DNA of 64,000 nt from Vermamoeba vermiformis (lineage: Eukaryota). Shown piece by piece: positions 35,156 through 46,884 of the stretch. The DNA lies in the NCBI GenBank assembly GCA_045837725.1, contig JBEWZL010000063.1:186001-250000 (forward strand), written 5' to 3'. Made by a program: the position numbers and the translations under genes. The notes under the pieces were generated by a model that ran no database searches, was not told the DNA's origin, and worked only from the letters and a program-made list of their open reading frames with translations. Within the stretch, counting starts at the first letter, position 1. Every line of letters starts with the position of its first letter.

Positions 35156-35400
35156 ATTGTACAATAGAAATAAATACTATTTATTGAGATCGTTTTCTGA
35201 GATTTGAAAACCGATCGCCTTTTCCTCAATAAAGGTGATCTAGTATTCCCTTCGCCTTACTCTGCTGCAAGCGGCATTGCCTTTCCTTAATTAGCCGTCT
35301 TTAAGTTTTTAATTGAATTTCAACCAAAAATAACCGTTGCAAACTTGTTTTTCATTTTCAATTTATTTGTAACAGCGAGAACAGCAGATTTATAGTAAAT

Positions 35401-37423
35401 ATGTCAAAATTTGGAGGAGGAGGCGAGAAGTGCGTGTCTTGTGGCAAGAGTAAGTGATCAGGACCTGAACCGGCAAATTCCATCTGCCGTTCCAATCAGA
35501 TTTTACGCTAAAAATTGGTAGAATATTTGAAATTTAATATTATAATATTATTGTATGCGAATATAAGCTTAAATAATTTGATGAATTTATTTTAAAATTA
35601 ATTTTTTCCGATCAGCTGTCTATCCCGCTGAGCGAATCGTACCGTCAGATAATGTCATATTGCATAAAACGTAAGTTGATTAATATTAAAATAAATATCT
35701 CTTTTTATTACAAATTTCATAAAAATGTCAACGAAAATCTCTTCGCTTACAATAGTCATTAGGTGCTTTCGTTGCGCGGTATGCAATTCCGTGTTGAAGC
35801 CAGGAAGTTTTTCAGCATATGAAGGCAAATATTATTGCAAGCCTCACTTTACACAATTATTCAAAATGAAAGGAAGTTACAATAGCATCGCTGAAAATAC
35901 ACCAGACGATGGATCTGGATCTAATCCAACAACTCCTAAAGAACCACAAGTACGTTAATACTTTAGTACTATTTCGCGTTAAAATAACACTGAGAGCAAA
36001 AAATAATAGCAAATGTAGCGTTACGGATCTGCTACTTTGAGAGTGTTTTCTAATATTAGTAATTAGTTGGAGAAGACCACGTCAACAGCAGCTTTAGGAG
36101 GTCCCTCGAAAAACAAGGATTTAATAGCAGAGTTGAAAGATAAGACTGAGGACGCGAAGCCCGAGGACAAGAAACCAGCACCAGAGCGACAAACATCGAG
36201 CCGCTTTGCTAACAATGCGTTTATTCGCCAAGACAGCGTGAGCAGTAACCCGCCAAAAGAAACATCGCATTCACGCGAAAGCAGCAGTAGCAAAGACACT
36301 TCGTCGTCATCGAAGCCTAAAGAAGATGACACTAAAAAACCATCTTCGTCGTCTTCGTCCTCGAGCAAATCAACGTCAACTTCCAGCGAAAAAGATTTGG
36401 CGCCGAAAGATAGCACAGAATACAGTACCAAACAATATTGGGAATCTCGTTACAAACAGTGCGTACAAATTGTCAATTTTTTCTAGATCTAGGCTCCGAA
36501 ATTGCTACGGAATACTAAACTTTGTATGGTTAGGGATGACGGTACTTTTGATTGGTTTGCGGGCTGGGACATTCTTGGTGATACTTTGAAAAAGTTGGTC
36601 AAAAAAGACGACAAAGTTTTATACCTCGGATGTGGTAATTCAGGTACCCTCTTTGCTTTAGTTTCATATAATCACATTAATAACATACTTCGTATTATCA
36701 GAATTGATGGAGAATTTATATGACGAGTTCAAAGGCGCCGTACAAATCAGTAACATTGATATCTCCGAAACGATCATTGAAAAAATGAAAGGCAGAAATT
36801 CTTCACGATCAAAAATGAATTGTAAGGATCACATATAATCATAATATACATAAGTATATTCACATTTTAAAGGGACTGTCATGGACGTATTATCGCTGAG
36901 TTTCCCCAGTGGTAACTTTGACGTCATCATTGACAAAGGCACGATTGATTCAATAGTCGTGAGTATCAAAATATCATAGGAGGTGTCAAGTGAGTGTACT
37001 GACACGCGATATAAATATAGATGGGTCAGAAGAGCGATAGATCTAAGCTCGAATCTTCAATGGAAAGCAAGCTTGAAAAAATGCTGAGTGAAGTCTCAAA
37101 GTAAGTTGTTGTGAATTGATATTAGATTTCGAGTGTATTATAGGACCTCGCTATTATACGCGAGTTTTAAAAATTAATCCGTTTACTAATTCGGATATTT
37201 GCAGGATCCTCAAGTCCGATGGCACGTTCTTTTACGTCACATTTGTCAAACCCTATTATCGCAAATCAATATTCGAAAAGTCAAAGTTTAATTGGACCGT
37301 CACAACGCAAGGAATGGGTACGTAGTATTATATAGTGCTAGCGAAGAGTAACTAATGGGGTCTGAAATTGTTACAGCAACGGAAAATGGTCCTATCTATT
37401 TATATACAATGAAAAAGAAATAG
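35401..37423 (+). CDS. LIM domain fused to EEF1AKMT4/METTL13-like class I methyltransferase
   Basis: CVSCGKTVYPAE..HKTCFRCAVC..YCKPHFTQLFK; Ser-rich linker; EYSTKQYWESRY..FDWF..LYLGCGNS..NIDIS..MDV..FDVIIDKGTIDSI. Exon phases are compatible with one ORF. Confidence 0.85.
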
Positions 37424-37633
37424 TTTATGATGCACGTAATAGGAGTCATAACTAATTTTTATTTATTTTTGGTTTTGTAAACATTTTCGATAAAAATTTG
37501 AGTTTGCCTCGTGAATTCTTTTTTAATCAGAATTACCCCTAAAAACTCGTTATTATTCGTTGCAAACAAATATAAATATCGCTGCTACATCATTATCTCC
37601 ATTCAAATCGCTTCACTCACAACGATTTTGAAA

Positions 37634-40600
37634 ATGACGATCCGCATCCTGCTTTTCTTCGTACTTTTTGGAAGCTTTACCTACTCAGCCTTTGGGAACA
37701 ACGGTACGTACTCCTACTTAATAATGCCTTGCTAACTCTTTCTTCATGCAGATGTGTTGCTCCAGTTCAGAGTAAACAAGAGTCAAACGGTGACTTGTCC
37801 TAATAGCACCGTCTGCGCAAATCCATCTAGCGTTGCTTGGAATATCTCACTTGGTGGTGTTCCAGATAAATTCTGCAACGAGAGGTAAGTTCTAAGTGGA
37901 TCGAGAACTTATGTTTTTGTAACGAGCTGGATCTGACTTGTTTTAGATGCCATCTTCTGTTCTTCGTGCATTTCGGAGCTCATACCCCAGGAGTGACACC
38001 TGGAACTATCTTCAGCGCTGCTAGCTACACAACTACACGAGATCTGTACCGGTTCTTCGACTTGCTGAATAACTGGTTTCCGTACACACTCGGCTATGAA
38101 TTCGACTCGAACACGATCGGAGGATTCTCCGAGTTTGGAGGTTCGCAATATTTAATTTTCAGGCTCTTTCAATAATTTACTCAAACTTTTCCAAATTAGG
38201 CTTTCCGTCTGTAGATCTGAGCAATGCAACGATATCTGATATAAGATTGACTGTAAACTCCTTCACGGCCACTGCAGCGACTGTCAGCGGCTCCCCTGCT
38301 TTGAACCTGACCTACGATCTGACTTTTACCGTATTAGGCAATTGTGAGTGAAATGAATAATGCCACGTACGGATATCAAGACTAATCTTTATACTAATAG
38401 GGCACCCTAATTTGACTAATATCACTGCTCCTCCTACCGGCGACGCATTTGTTCGTAATGGCACTGCGTTTAGAAATACAAACTTCGGAAAATTAGACTA
38501 CTTGCTCGTCTCTCAAAACTTCTCGGATCCAAGTGCTACTCGCTACTCATACTTCGAGTTCGACCTATTCTGTATGTATAATTACCTGGTAATAGAAGAG
38601 ACCTCATCTGACGAGCTTTTTTTAGCTTGGACTGTGATCAACAAAGCGACGCTGAAATTGTGGGGCAGTTCGCTAGATAACGTTAGTATTGCTGCGATAG
38701 CTTTTTCAGTGAACGGCACGTTCAATGAAAGCACAATTACTTGGGCTAATGCTCCTCCGTTGAATTTGACCGCCTCTCGTAAGTTATTCTGTATGTAATT
38801 AATACCATTCTAACAGTCATTTAGTATTCCCTACTGATATTAATTCGACCGTTCGATGGTACGAGTTTGATATCACTCCATTGGTAAGTTCTAAGAATTT
38901 CGGCGGTTATTCGTACGGATCTGATCTTACGTTCCTTAGGTGCGAGAAGAGTTCCCTCACGGAAATGGTACTATATTCTTCGCATTAGTATCAACCTTTG
39001 GAGGCACCATGAGATTTTCATCGCGCGAAGGACCGTTCCCGCCAAAACTTGAGATCATCGCTGTGGTACCTGAAAACGAACAACTAGCATTACCCCCACT
39101 ATTCTCGATCGTTACTCCTCCCCTCCCAACCAGCAACCTCAAGCCCAACCTCAGGCTCAGCAACCGCAAGCACGGCCTGCGCAGCCTCGGCTCAAGCACA
39201 GCCTCAGGCTCAACCACCACTAATCCCACTCGTTCCTACTTCACCGCCTCAAGCTCAGCAACCACAAGCACGGCCTCAGGCTCAACCTCAGCCCCCTCAG
39301 GCTCAGCAACCGCAAGCACGGCCTCAGGCACAGCCTCAGGCTCAACCTCAAGCGCAACCACCACTCATCCCAATCGTTCCTACTTCACCGCCTCAAGCTC
39401 AGCAACCACAAGCACGGCCTCAAGCTCAACCTCAAGCGCAGCCTCAGGCTCAGCAACCGCAAGCACGGCCTCAAGCTCAGCCACAAGCGCAACCACCACT
39501 CATCCCAATCGTTCCAACTTCACCTCCTCAAGCTCAACCTCAAGCCCAGCCTCAAGCGCAGCCTCAGGCTCAACCTCAAGCTCAACCGCAAGCGCAACCT
39601 CAAGCACAGCCACCACTAATTCCTATCGTTCCTACTTCACCGCCTCAGGCTCAACCTCAAGCCCAGCCTCAGGCTCAACCTCAAGCGCAACCACAAGCGC
39701 AACCACAAGCGCAGCCTCAGGCTCAGCCACAAGCTCAACCTCAAGCGCAACCACCGCTCATCCCAATTGTTCCTACTTCACCTCCTCGGGCTCAACCTCA
39801 GGCACAGCCTCAGGCGCAACCTCAAGCTCAACCTCAAGCTCAGCCTCAGGCTCAACCGCAAGCGCAACCACCGCTCATCCCAATTGTTCCTACTTCACCC
39901 CCGCGCAGCCGCGCGCCGCCTCAGGCCCAACCACAAGCACAACCTCAAGCACAGCCGCAGGCGCAACCTCAGGCTCAACCACAGGCGCAACCTCCACTAA
40001 TTCCAATCGTTCCTACTTCACCGCCTCAAGCTCAACCTCAAGCCCAGCCTCAGGCTCAACCTCAAGCTCAACCACAGGCGCAACCACAAGCACAGCCGCA
40101 GGCGCAACCTCCACTTATCCCAATTGTTCCTACTTCACCGCCTCAAGCTCAACCTCAAGCACAGCCTCAGGCTCAACCACAAGCGCAGCCTCAAGCACAG
40201 CCTCAAGCGCAACCTCAGGCTCAACCACAAGCTCAACCACAAGCGCAACCACCGCTCATCCCAATCGTTCCAACTTCACCGCCTCAGGCCCAACCACAAA
40301 CACAACCACATGCGCAGCCTCAAGCTCAGCCACAAGCGCAACCTCAAGCGCAACCTCAAGCGCAACCTCAGGCTCAGCCACATGCGCAGCCTCAGGCTCA
40401 ACCACAAGCACAGCCTGAAGCGCAACCACCACTTATCCCAATCGTTCCTACTTCACCGCCTCAGGCCCAACCACAAACACAACCACATGCGCAGCCTGAA
40501 AGTCAACAACCTCACGGGCAACCACCACAGGCGGAACAACCTCACGGGCAACCACCACAGGCGCAACAACCTCACGGACAACCACCACAGGCGGAACAAC

Positions 40601-40857
40601 CTCACGGACAACCACCACAGGCGGAACAACCTCATGGGCAACCACCACAAGCGGAACAACCTCACGGACAACCACCACAGGCGCAACAACCTCACGGGCA
40701 GCAACCACCACAGGCGCAACAACCGCACGGGCAACAACAACCAGACAAGCAACAATCATCGGTGACTAATGACCCGGCAGTCTCTGAGGCCAGTGTCAAA
40801 CACATCGTGGCTGTTGTGCCCACTTTGTTGATTGGTTTGTTATTAGCTTGCTGCTAA
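37634..40857 (+). CDS. GPI-type surface protein: unknown N domain, CBM96/DNRLRE-like domain, very long Gln/Pro/Ala stalk (two apparent frameshifts near 39130 and 39190)
   Basis: Paralog of 13061-14804 (FFDLLNNWFPYTLGYE; DAFVRNG..NTNFG; ATLKLWG; FSSREGPFPPKL). The QPQA frame runs open to SVKHIVAVVPTLLIGLLLACC*. Confidence 0.72.
39130..40740 (+). repeat. Coding minisatellite: 12-nt QPQA units punctuated about 10 times by PPLIPIVPTSPP, then about 8 x 30-nt QPHGQPPQA(E/Q) units
   Basis: Directly visible periodic CAACCTCAAGCG/CAGCCTCAGGCT and CAACCTCACGGGCAACCACCACAGGCG repeats. Confidence 0.92.
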
Positions 40858-41374
40858 ACTACGATGTGATATTTGTACGCAGCGTGCAAATAAACCAACG
40901 CATTTCTTATAGCGAAGCGATTTTTTTTAAGTTGTAGAACTAGAACGCTCAGGATAATAGGAAGTGACACGTGTCATTTTTAACAGGACTGGCATGCCCC
41001 TGAGCGTTTGCGAACCACTAATATCGACGCCCAGTTCTCTACATTTTTTAAATAATTAATAATAGTACTAATAAATTCCACGTTAGCAATTTTTATTGCG
41101 CTGGCAAAAGTGGATCGCTCCCGCAAACCTGCGTCGTTGTGGAGGCTGCAGATCCATCTAATACATCACAAACTTCATCCAGTAAATATAGCCGACATTA
41201 ATTATTCTATTCAAAGTTATTTTTAGTTCTGCCGTTAAGTAAAGGTTACTATTTTTGGAATATTCTGCGAGGGAGATTTATCAATCACCTGTCACGGTGA
41301 ACGATAAACTGGTCCCGTATAAAGCAACACTTAAATTAAGGCAACCACAACAAGCTACTTTTCGGCCGGATCTA

Positions 41375-43301
41375 ATGGCAACCGCTTCGCGACTAAGAAC
41401 TTTTGGGAAATGTGCAACGTTTATCCTTACAATCGCTATCTTATTATTATCGGCGGATGCTAATATAGTGGTTAATCTCAATAACGGAACTCAAATTGAA
41501 ATGGAAGCTTATCAAATATTTTACCGAGGTAAGTTTCAGTTTTTTAACCTAAGAGTAGTGATTCTCGAATTAATAAATCGATTCATATTCTATCAATTAA
41601 TCTTTATGGAAAATAGCGATAGAAAATTTCTTAAATTGCCCATAACGATCCATTCAAATTTAATTTACTGCTCAATCGAAACTGATGTATTGATATCATG
41701 ATATAGGAAGTTCGGTAGAGCCTCTAACCGAGCCATTGACATCTAACGTCACGTTTGATATCAGCACGTCAAACAATCGTATTTTACTTGTTTATCAAGA
41801 CACGCCAATTGAAACAATTATTGTTGAAGCACAAAAAAAAGGATGTATTGGCGTTATATACGGATCTAGCATCGATGGTAAGCTCATACCAACGCCCCAA
41901 AATTTCCGTATTCGGATGCTAACCTTTGTTTTTAGTGGTCGGTGGATATTTGCAATATCGTAAGAACGACTTTTATGTGGCTAGTCAAGTGAATATCACC
42001 GTTGTCGACGTTGGCTTCGTTCAGTTGGGTGCCGGACTTGGCTCCGAATTACTCAAAATATTGGCAACGAAAGATCTTATAGCCAATGTAACTATACTTC
42101 CTGATGGTACGAATATCTTGATAATTAATTAATTTTAAACTCAAAATAATCGAAATTTAGAGGCAGAAAATCCTTGGGTGACGGTCATTTCGTCTGGCTG
42201 GATCTACGTTTGGAGCAGTAAGTAGCGGCGATGTAAGGCTATCTTAGTCATAACGTTATTATTGTAGTAAGTTTAATACTATTTTCGGCGGCGAACATCG
42301 TCTTGGCTTCTCTTCAACTCCGAAAGTTCTATTTTTACTACGGCGGATGCACCCAAGCAATTGCGATCTACGTTCTCATTATAGAGATCATGTCTAATTT
42401 AAGTAAGTCAATACAATACTTTTTTTGTTTACCGTCTCTTACCCAATTTGTTTCAGTTCGCATTCTAGCCTGCATCGATTTCTTTGGATCGAACTATTTA
42501 TACCCAGAATGGGTGTTTGTCTTCTTAGGCGAGGTCTGCCTTCCATTCGTCATTGCAGCGTTCTTGCTGTTCACGTTATACTGGCACGAGATGATGACGA
42601 GCGCATCTATCATCGTGCATCCGTTCATCGTCAAAATGAGAATTCCATTCTTCGTCATTTCTGGATTCATTCTAGCCTTCCAAATCATCAAGACACTCAT
42701 GCGCAGCTTAACTCTATTCACTGGCTTTAACTTGATCATTTGTAAGTCTGCCTTAGTATCATCAACAGCCGTTCGTGCACGCAGATCTGACCAACTTTTC
42801 TCAGCTGTATTTTATCTGGCCTCGTTCTTATTCATTACAATATTCTACAATATCACTGGCATTAAGCTGTTGAGGCGTATGAAAAAGAGCAAGTCAATGG
42901 GCCGAACAGTCAGGTTGACAAAGGTACGTACTCACATGTTTTTTTAAAAGTATATTAATTTCTATATTTAGACAACGATTAAAGTCCTCGTCAGCGGCAG
43001 TATTATCTTCGTTTTCGTGATCCTTGCCATTCTTTTCGCCACTGGCATTCCAATGACCCCGATTGGTACGTCCGTTGATTGACGTGCTTTTTGTGACACT
43101 TTTGACACTTTATCAGGATACGTCGTCACGTGGTATGTCACGTATGCTGTCATTAATGTCGCCTCCTTGATGAATATCTTGGCATTTGAACTGCCATCGA
43201 AGTTCTCGAGCACCAGTCAAGGCAAAGATTCGTCATCGAATCAAAAAAACAGCGTCATGGTGGAAACTGCAAGTGCGACAAATCAGTCCTCGGCCAACTA
43301 A
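41375..43301 (+). CDS. Signal peptide, PA-like ectodomain, seven-TM membrane protein
   Basis: IIVEAQKKGCIGVI (PA-domain-like), NVTILPD|EAENPW, about 7 hydrophobic segments (RILACIDFFG, FLLFTLYWHEMM) and a Ser-rich tail. Confidence 0.7.
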
Positions 43302-43735
43302 GCAGATTCACACTACGAGCTCATTACTTCTTTTTGTACATATTTAGTTAATTGTATTACTTACCGGCAATGATTAAAATTTCGCATTGCTTTTTTTTAA
43401 ATAAAGTACGGAACAATTCCCTTAAGCCGTGAATTACTGTTACGCCGAAAATTGGCAACGACATAAAACGGCAACTTTGGTAGACACTTTTTTTGTCTCC
43501 CCTGAAGTGATGATCTAGACTGGAAGATTTCTTGGTAACGAGTTCTTGTAATCAACGCTTCGTTATAAACGACAAAAATAGCATGTTGTGGTATTGTTAA
43601 TTGAAATTAAATCAATAATAAATGGCACAAAAGAAAAAAACACAATTTTATTTATTCCTAAACTTCCACGATAAATAATGCCTGCCACGACATAATGAGT
43701 ATCATGTAAGGCCAGTTACAGCTAATGAGATAGAT

Positions 43736-46293
43736 CTAAGTAGTGAAGGTGAGAGAATTGACGGCAATGACGTCAATAGTTTGACACGCGTCATCGCACA
43801 TTCCGTGCTGGCAATAGCATCGTTAGTAAATTGAATAAACGCTATTTAAATATTATATCGTACCCAGTTCCAGTCTTCAGGACCCAAATGAGCCTTTTGC
43901 TGGTGTCCTAACGAGTCTACAGCACGAGCGCGAAGTTTGTACATGCCCACATCCAGCGTCAACTCCACGGAGAAATTATGCCACGCAAAAACGCCAATTC
44001 TTGGCTCTAATTTCGCTCGTTTCCATGTTTGTCCATCGTCAAGACTAACTTCGACGAGCGCGATCGATCGGTAAAATCCTCCGCCGACCCAGACTTTGCC
44101 GTGCCAGACATGCGTGCCAGCCGTCAGGAATCGATTTCGCTCCATAAATGACGGATAACCAATCGGTTTAATCATGGCACGTGGTCTGATTTCTTGAGAA
44201 GGCACGGCCAAGTCCAAATCAAAATGTTGTCGGACATAGCTGTAGCTGACCATTTGGTGTCCTTTGCATTTATGATCGACGACTTCAATCGACTGCAACC
44301 ACTTGACGTTGTTGTCGCCGTACCAGCCAGGCGTTAAAATTCTTAACGGGAAGCCGTGTTCGCGTAACAAAGGCACGCCATTGTTCTCCCAACAAACCAT
44401 CATGAAATCTACGATCGGATCCGTCACTTCAACAGCACGCTGGTAATATCTTAGTGCGTCTTCTTGTACTCCTGCGTCGTAGCCAGTGAACACAATGTCA
44501 ACGGCTTTGTCCGTCAAACCCACGTGCTGCAATAATAATCGCAAAGGTATGCCGGACCAAATATAGCAACCAAACGCTTGAAGTTGCCAAGGCACGTGAT
44601 GATTGAATCGAGGTTTCATGAGAGTTCTGCCGTTGCCTGAGCACTCCATGACCAATGGTTGACGAACTACAGCGTTTTTGCCAAAATTTTTCAATTCTTC
44701 TAAAGTCCATTCAGTCGGCTTTTGAACGCATCCGTGCACTTTGAGCTTGTAATTCTCGGGCTTGATATGCTGCACGTCAAAATGGATCAGCAAGTAGTGA
44801 TTGCCTAACGGAGTAATGTCTTCGCCGAGAGCTTCGAAGTGTGTGCCGTGATTTCTGAGAGCTAATGCGACTTCGACCTTATTGTAGCTGCCGTCGAGAT
44901 CGTCGGTGTGTTTGTCCGATTTTAGCCATTCAAAATAACTCTTGGTCTTGTCCACAGTACTTTGCACGACCATCGGAATATTTTTGATCTTTTCAACGAT
45001 AACGCTTCCGAATTCTTTCTTGTGGGCTTCTTTAATAGCGTTTTCGGTAGCGGAAATTTCCTCTTTTTGCAGCTGTTCCATTCTTTTTCGGTCTTCTTCC
45101 GATTGCGCATCCGGCACTTTTTCAAAGCGAGTTGTCGGAAGACCAATAGGTGGATACTCCTAAGCATTAGAATTAGTCAATGGATTTCGGGTAATATTGA
45201 CTATACCGTATTTGGATTTATCTCGGGAGGCTGGATCACTTCGGATGCTTTGTCAAGATGCGCCGGAACATTATGCAAAATTTCCGGTTTTGGAGCCATA
45301 AACTCGGATGGCATTAGCGGACCACCTCTTGCAGTATCAGGAAACAGCTCAAAACCATCTTTGCACGACCAATCAGGTTCGTGTCTTGGTTTTGGAATTC
45401 CTTGAAAGAATCCAGTGCGCAGATGGTACTTTCGGAGCACTTGCCACATCTGAACGAGCTGTTGGCCGTAGTTCAAATCTTGGTTAGGAGGTGGAGAAGG
45501 GTTTGGAATGGGTTGCGCTGAAGTTCCGGACACTTCGGCAAGATTTGGAACTTGGAGTGTTCGCATCCACTCGACGACCGGCAGCACGAGGGATTCTCGC
45601 TCCCATTCCCAGTTTTTCTTCCATACTTGTTCAATATTATCCAGATTGGCCAAGCCTATAACCAAGAGTAAGCTTAAATTAGATATTGCCGGATTGAAAA
45701 TTACAAGATCTGGCTTACGTACATTGTCTATCCTTAACGTCAGCCCCAATCCGTTCTCTTATGATTCTTAATTGTAGAATAAACGATTCTCCGCGCTCTA
45801 AACCGTGCGCGAACAATGACTCTCCGTTCTGAATCTGATCGCGTGCCAGCGGATAAATCATGGCTTGACGTAAGTAGTTGTTGATGACCAGGGCAGATAG
45901 AAGATCTATAATACTCTCTAGTACTTGCTTGTCATGCGCCGATAAGCTCTCGACGATTTTTTGTTTTTGATGGAGCAAATCCAGTTGCGCTTTTTGCCAC
46001 TCTTGCGTCATAGTTATCTGTTCATGAGTAAGGTGCGACTTCTGGCGCTTAGCAATAGCAAAATCACGCTTTCTTTCTTGAGACCAGTCCAAATCCGACG
46101 GTACTGCGGCGACAAAGGCTGCAGAATAAACTTGCTCTTCTTCAGAAGGCTTCATTTCGACATTTTTTCCATTAAGAAGATCTTTGAGGCGTATAAAGCG
46201 ATCTGATATCGCTTTAGCTTGCAGATCTAGAGCTTGCGAAGTGGTAGTGCCCCACCCGTAGCCCAGGAGAAAACTTGATCCAGTAAAAGCCAT
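43736..46293 (-). CDS. Degenerate hemerythrin(HHE)-like domain fused to sulfite-oxidase-family molybdoenzyme (Moco and dimerisation domains)
   Basis: RNHG..ITPLGNHYLLIHFD, MECSGNGR (Mo-ligating Cys), HGFPLR..PGWYG..VKWL, VEVSLDDGQTW, RARAVD. Phase-compatible introns near 45662-45724 and 45160-45206 join three ORFs. Confidence 0.82.
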
Positions 46294-46884
46294 TAATATG
46301 TGGTGCACAAAGCAAAATAGATATTGAATTGGTCAGACGTGACATTGCGAAGTCAATTTAAGGCTAAAGTAAGGAAATCTCGAACGGTAATTATTTTTTT
46401 TGATTACTTTGCGAGTTTCGGGTAATTTTTCGGAGGTCCTCCGATATAAATATGCCAAAAATAATGGGCTCTGATTGCAAAATAAATCAATCAACAGGAT
46501 TTCGGTACATAAATAATTGAATTGCATTATTCAAGTCCGTAAAACGCGTATTAAGCACTAGTAATGTGCAAAACCCTACTTACTTGTTCCTTGTTTACTG
46601 AGAAGCCTTCTGCCACGATAGTTCGGTTAAAGTATGCTATGTTTCTCTGCTCTCCTTTCTGTATGTGGATCCGAGTTGGGTAGTTCAATTTGAATTTAAG
46701 TTTTGGCATGGGTAACGAATGGTGCGAGGAAAGAGACCCTGTAACTATAGTTAAGAAATTCTTATTGTTAAAGTATTTGCTCAACGTACTAGGGATTTTC
46801 GGTACTAGATGTCGACGGATGCGTAAGCGAGGTACGATCAGGAGGGAATTATTTGAATCGAAGGTCCACTAAGCCATCCAGTTT

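Noticed and set aside
39130-40740. Repeat-plus-spacer pattern superficially like a CRISPR array
   Set aside because: The spacers are themselves 12-nt repeats in a coding frame; eukaryotic context and no cas genes.
40124-40765. His/Arg/Asn-rich 213-aa ORF and Val- or Trp-rich antisense ORFs
   Set aside because: Off-frame readings of the QPQA/QPHG minisatellite.
46583-46740. Exon-like minus-strand segment with good acceptor and donor between the HK and sulfite oxidase genes
   Set aside because: Could not link it in frame to either neighbour and it has no recognisable motif.
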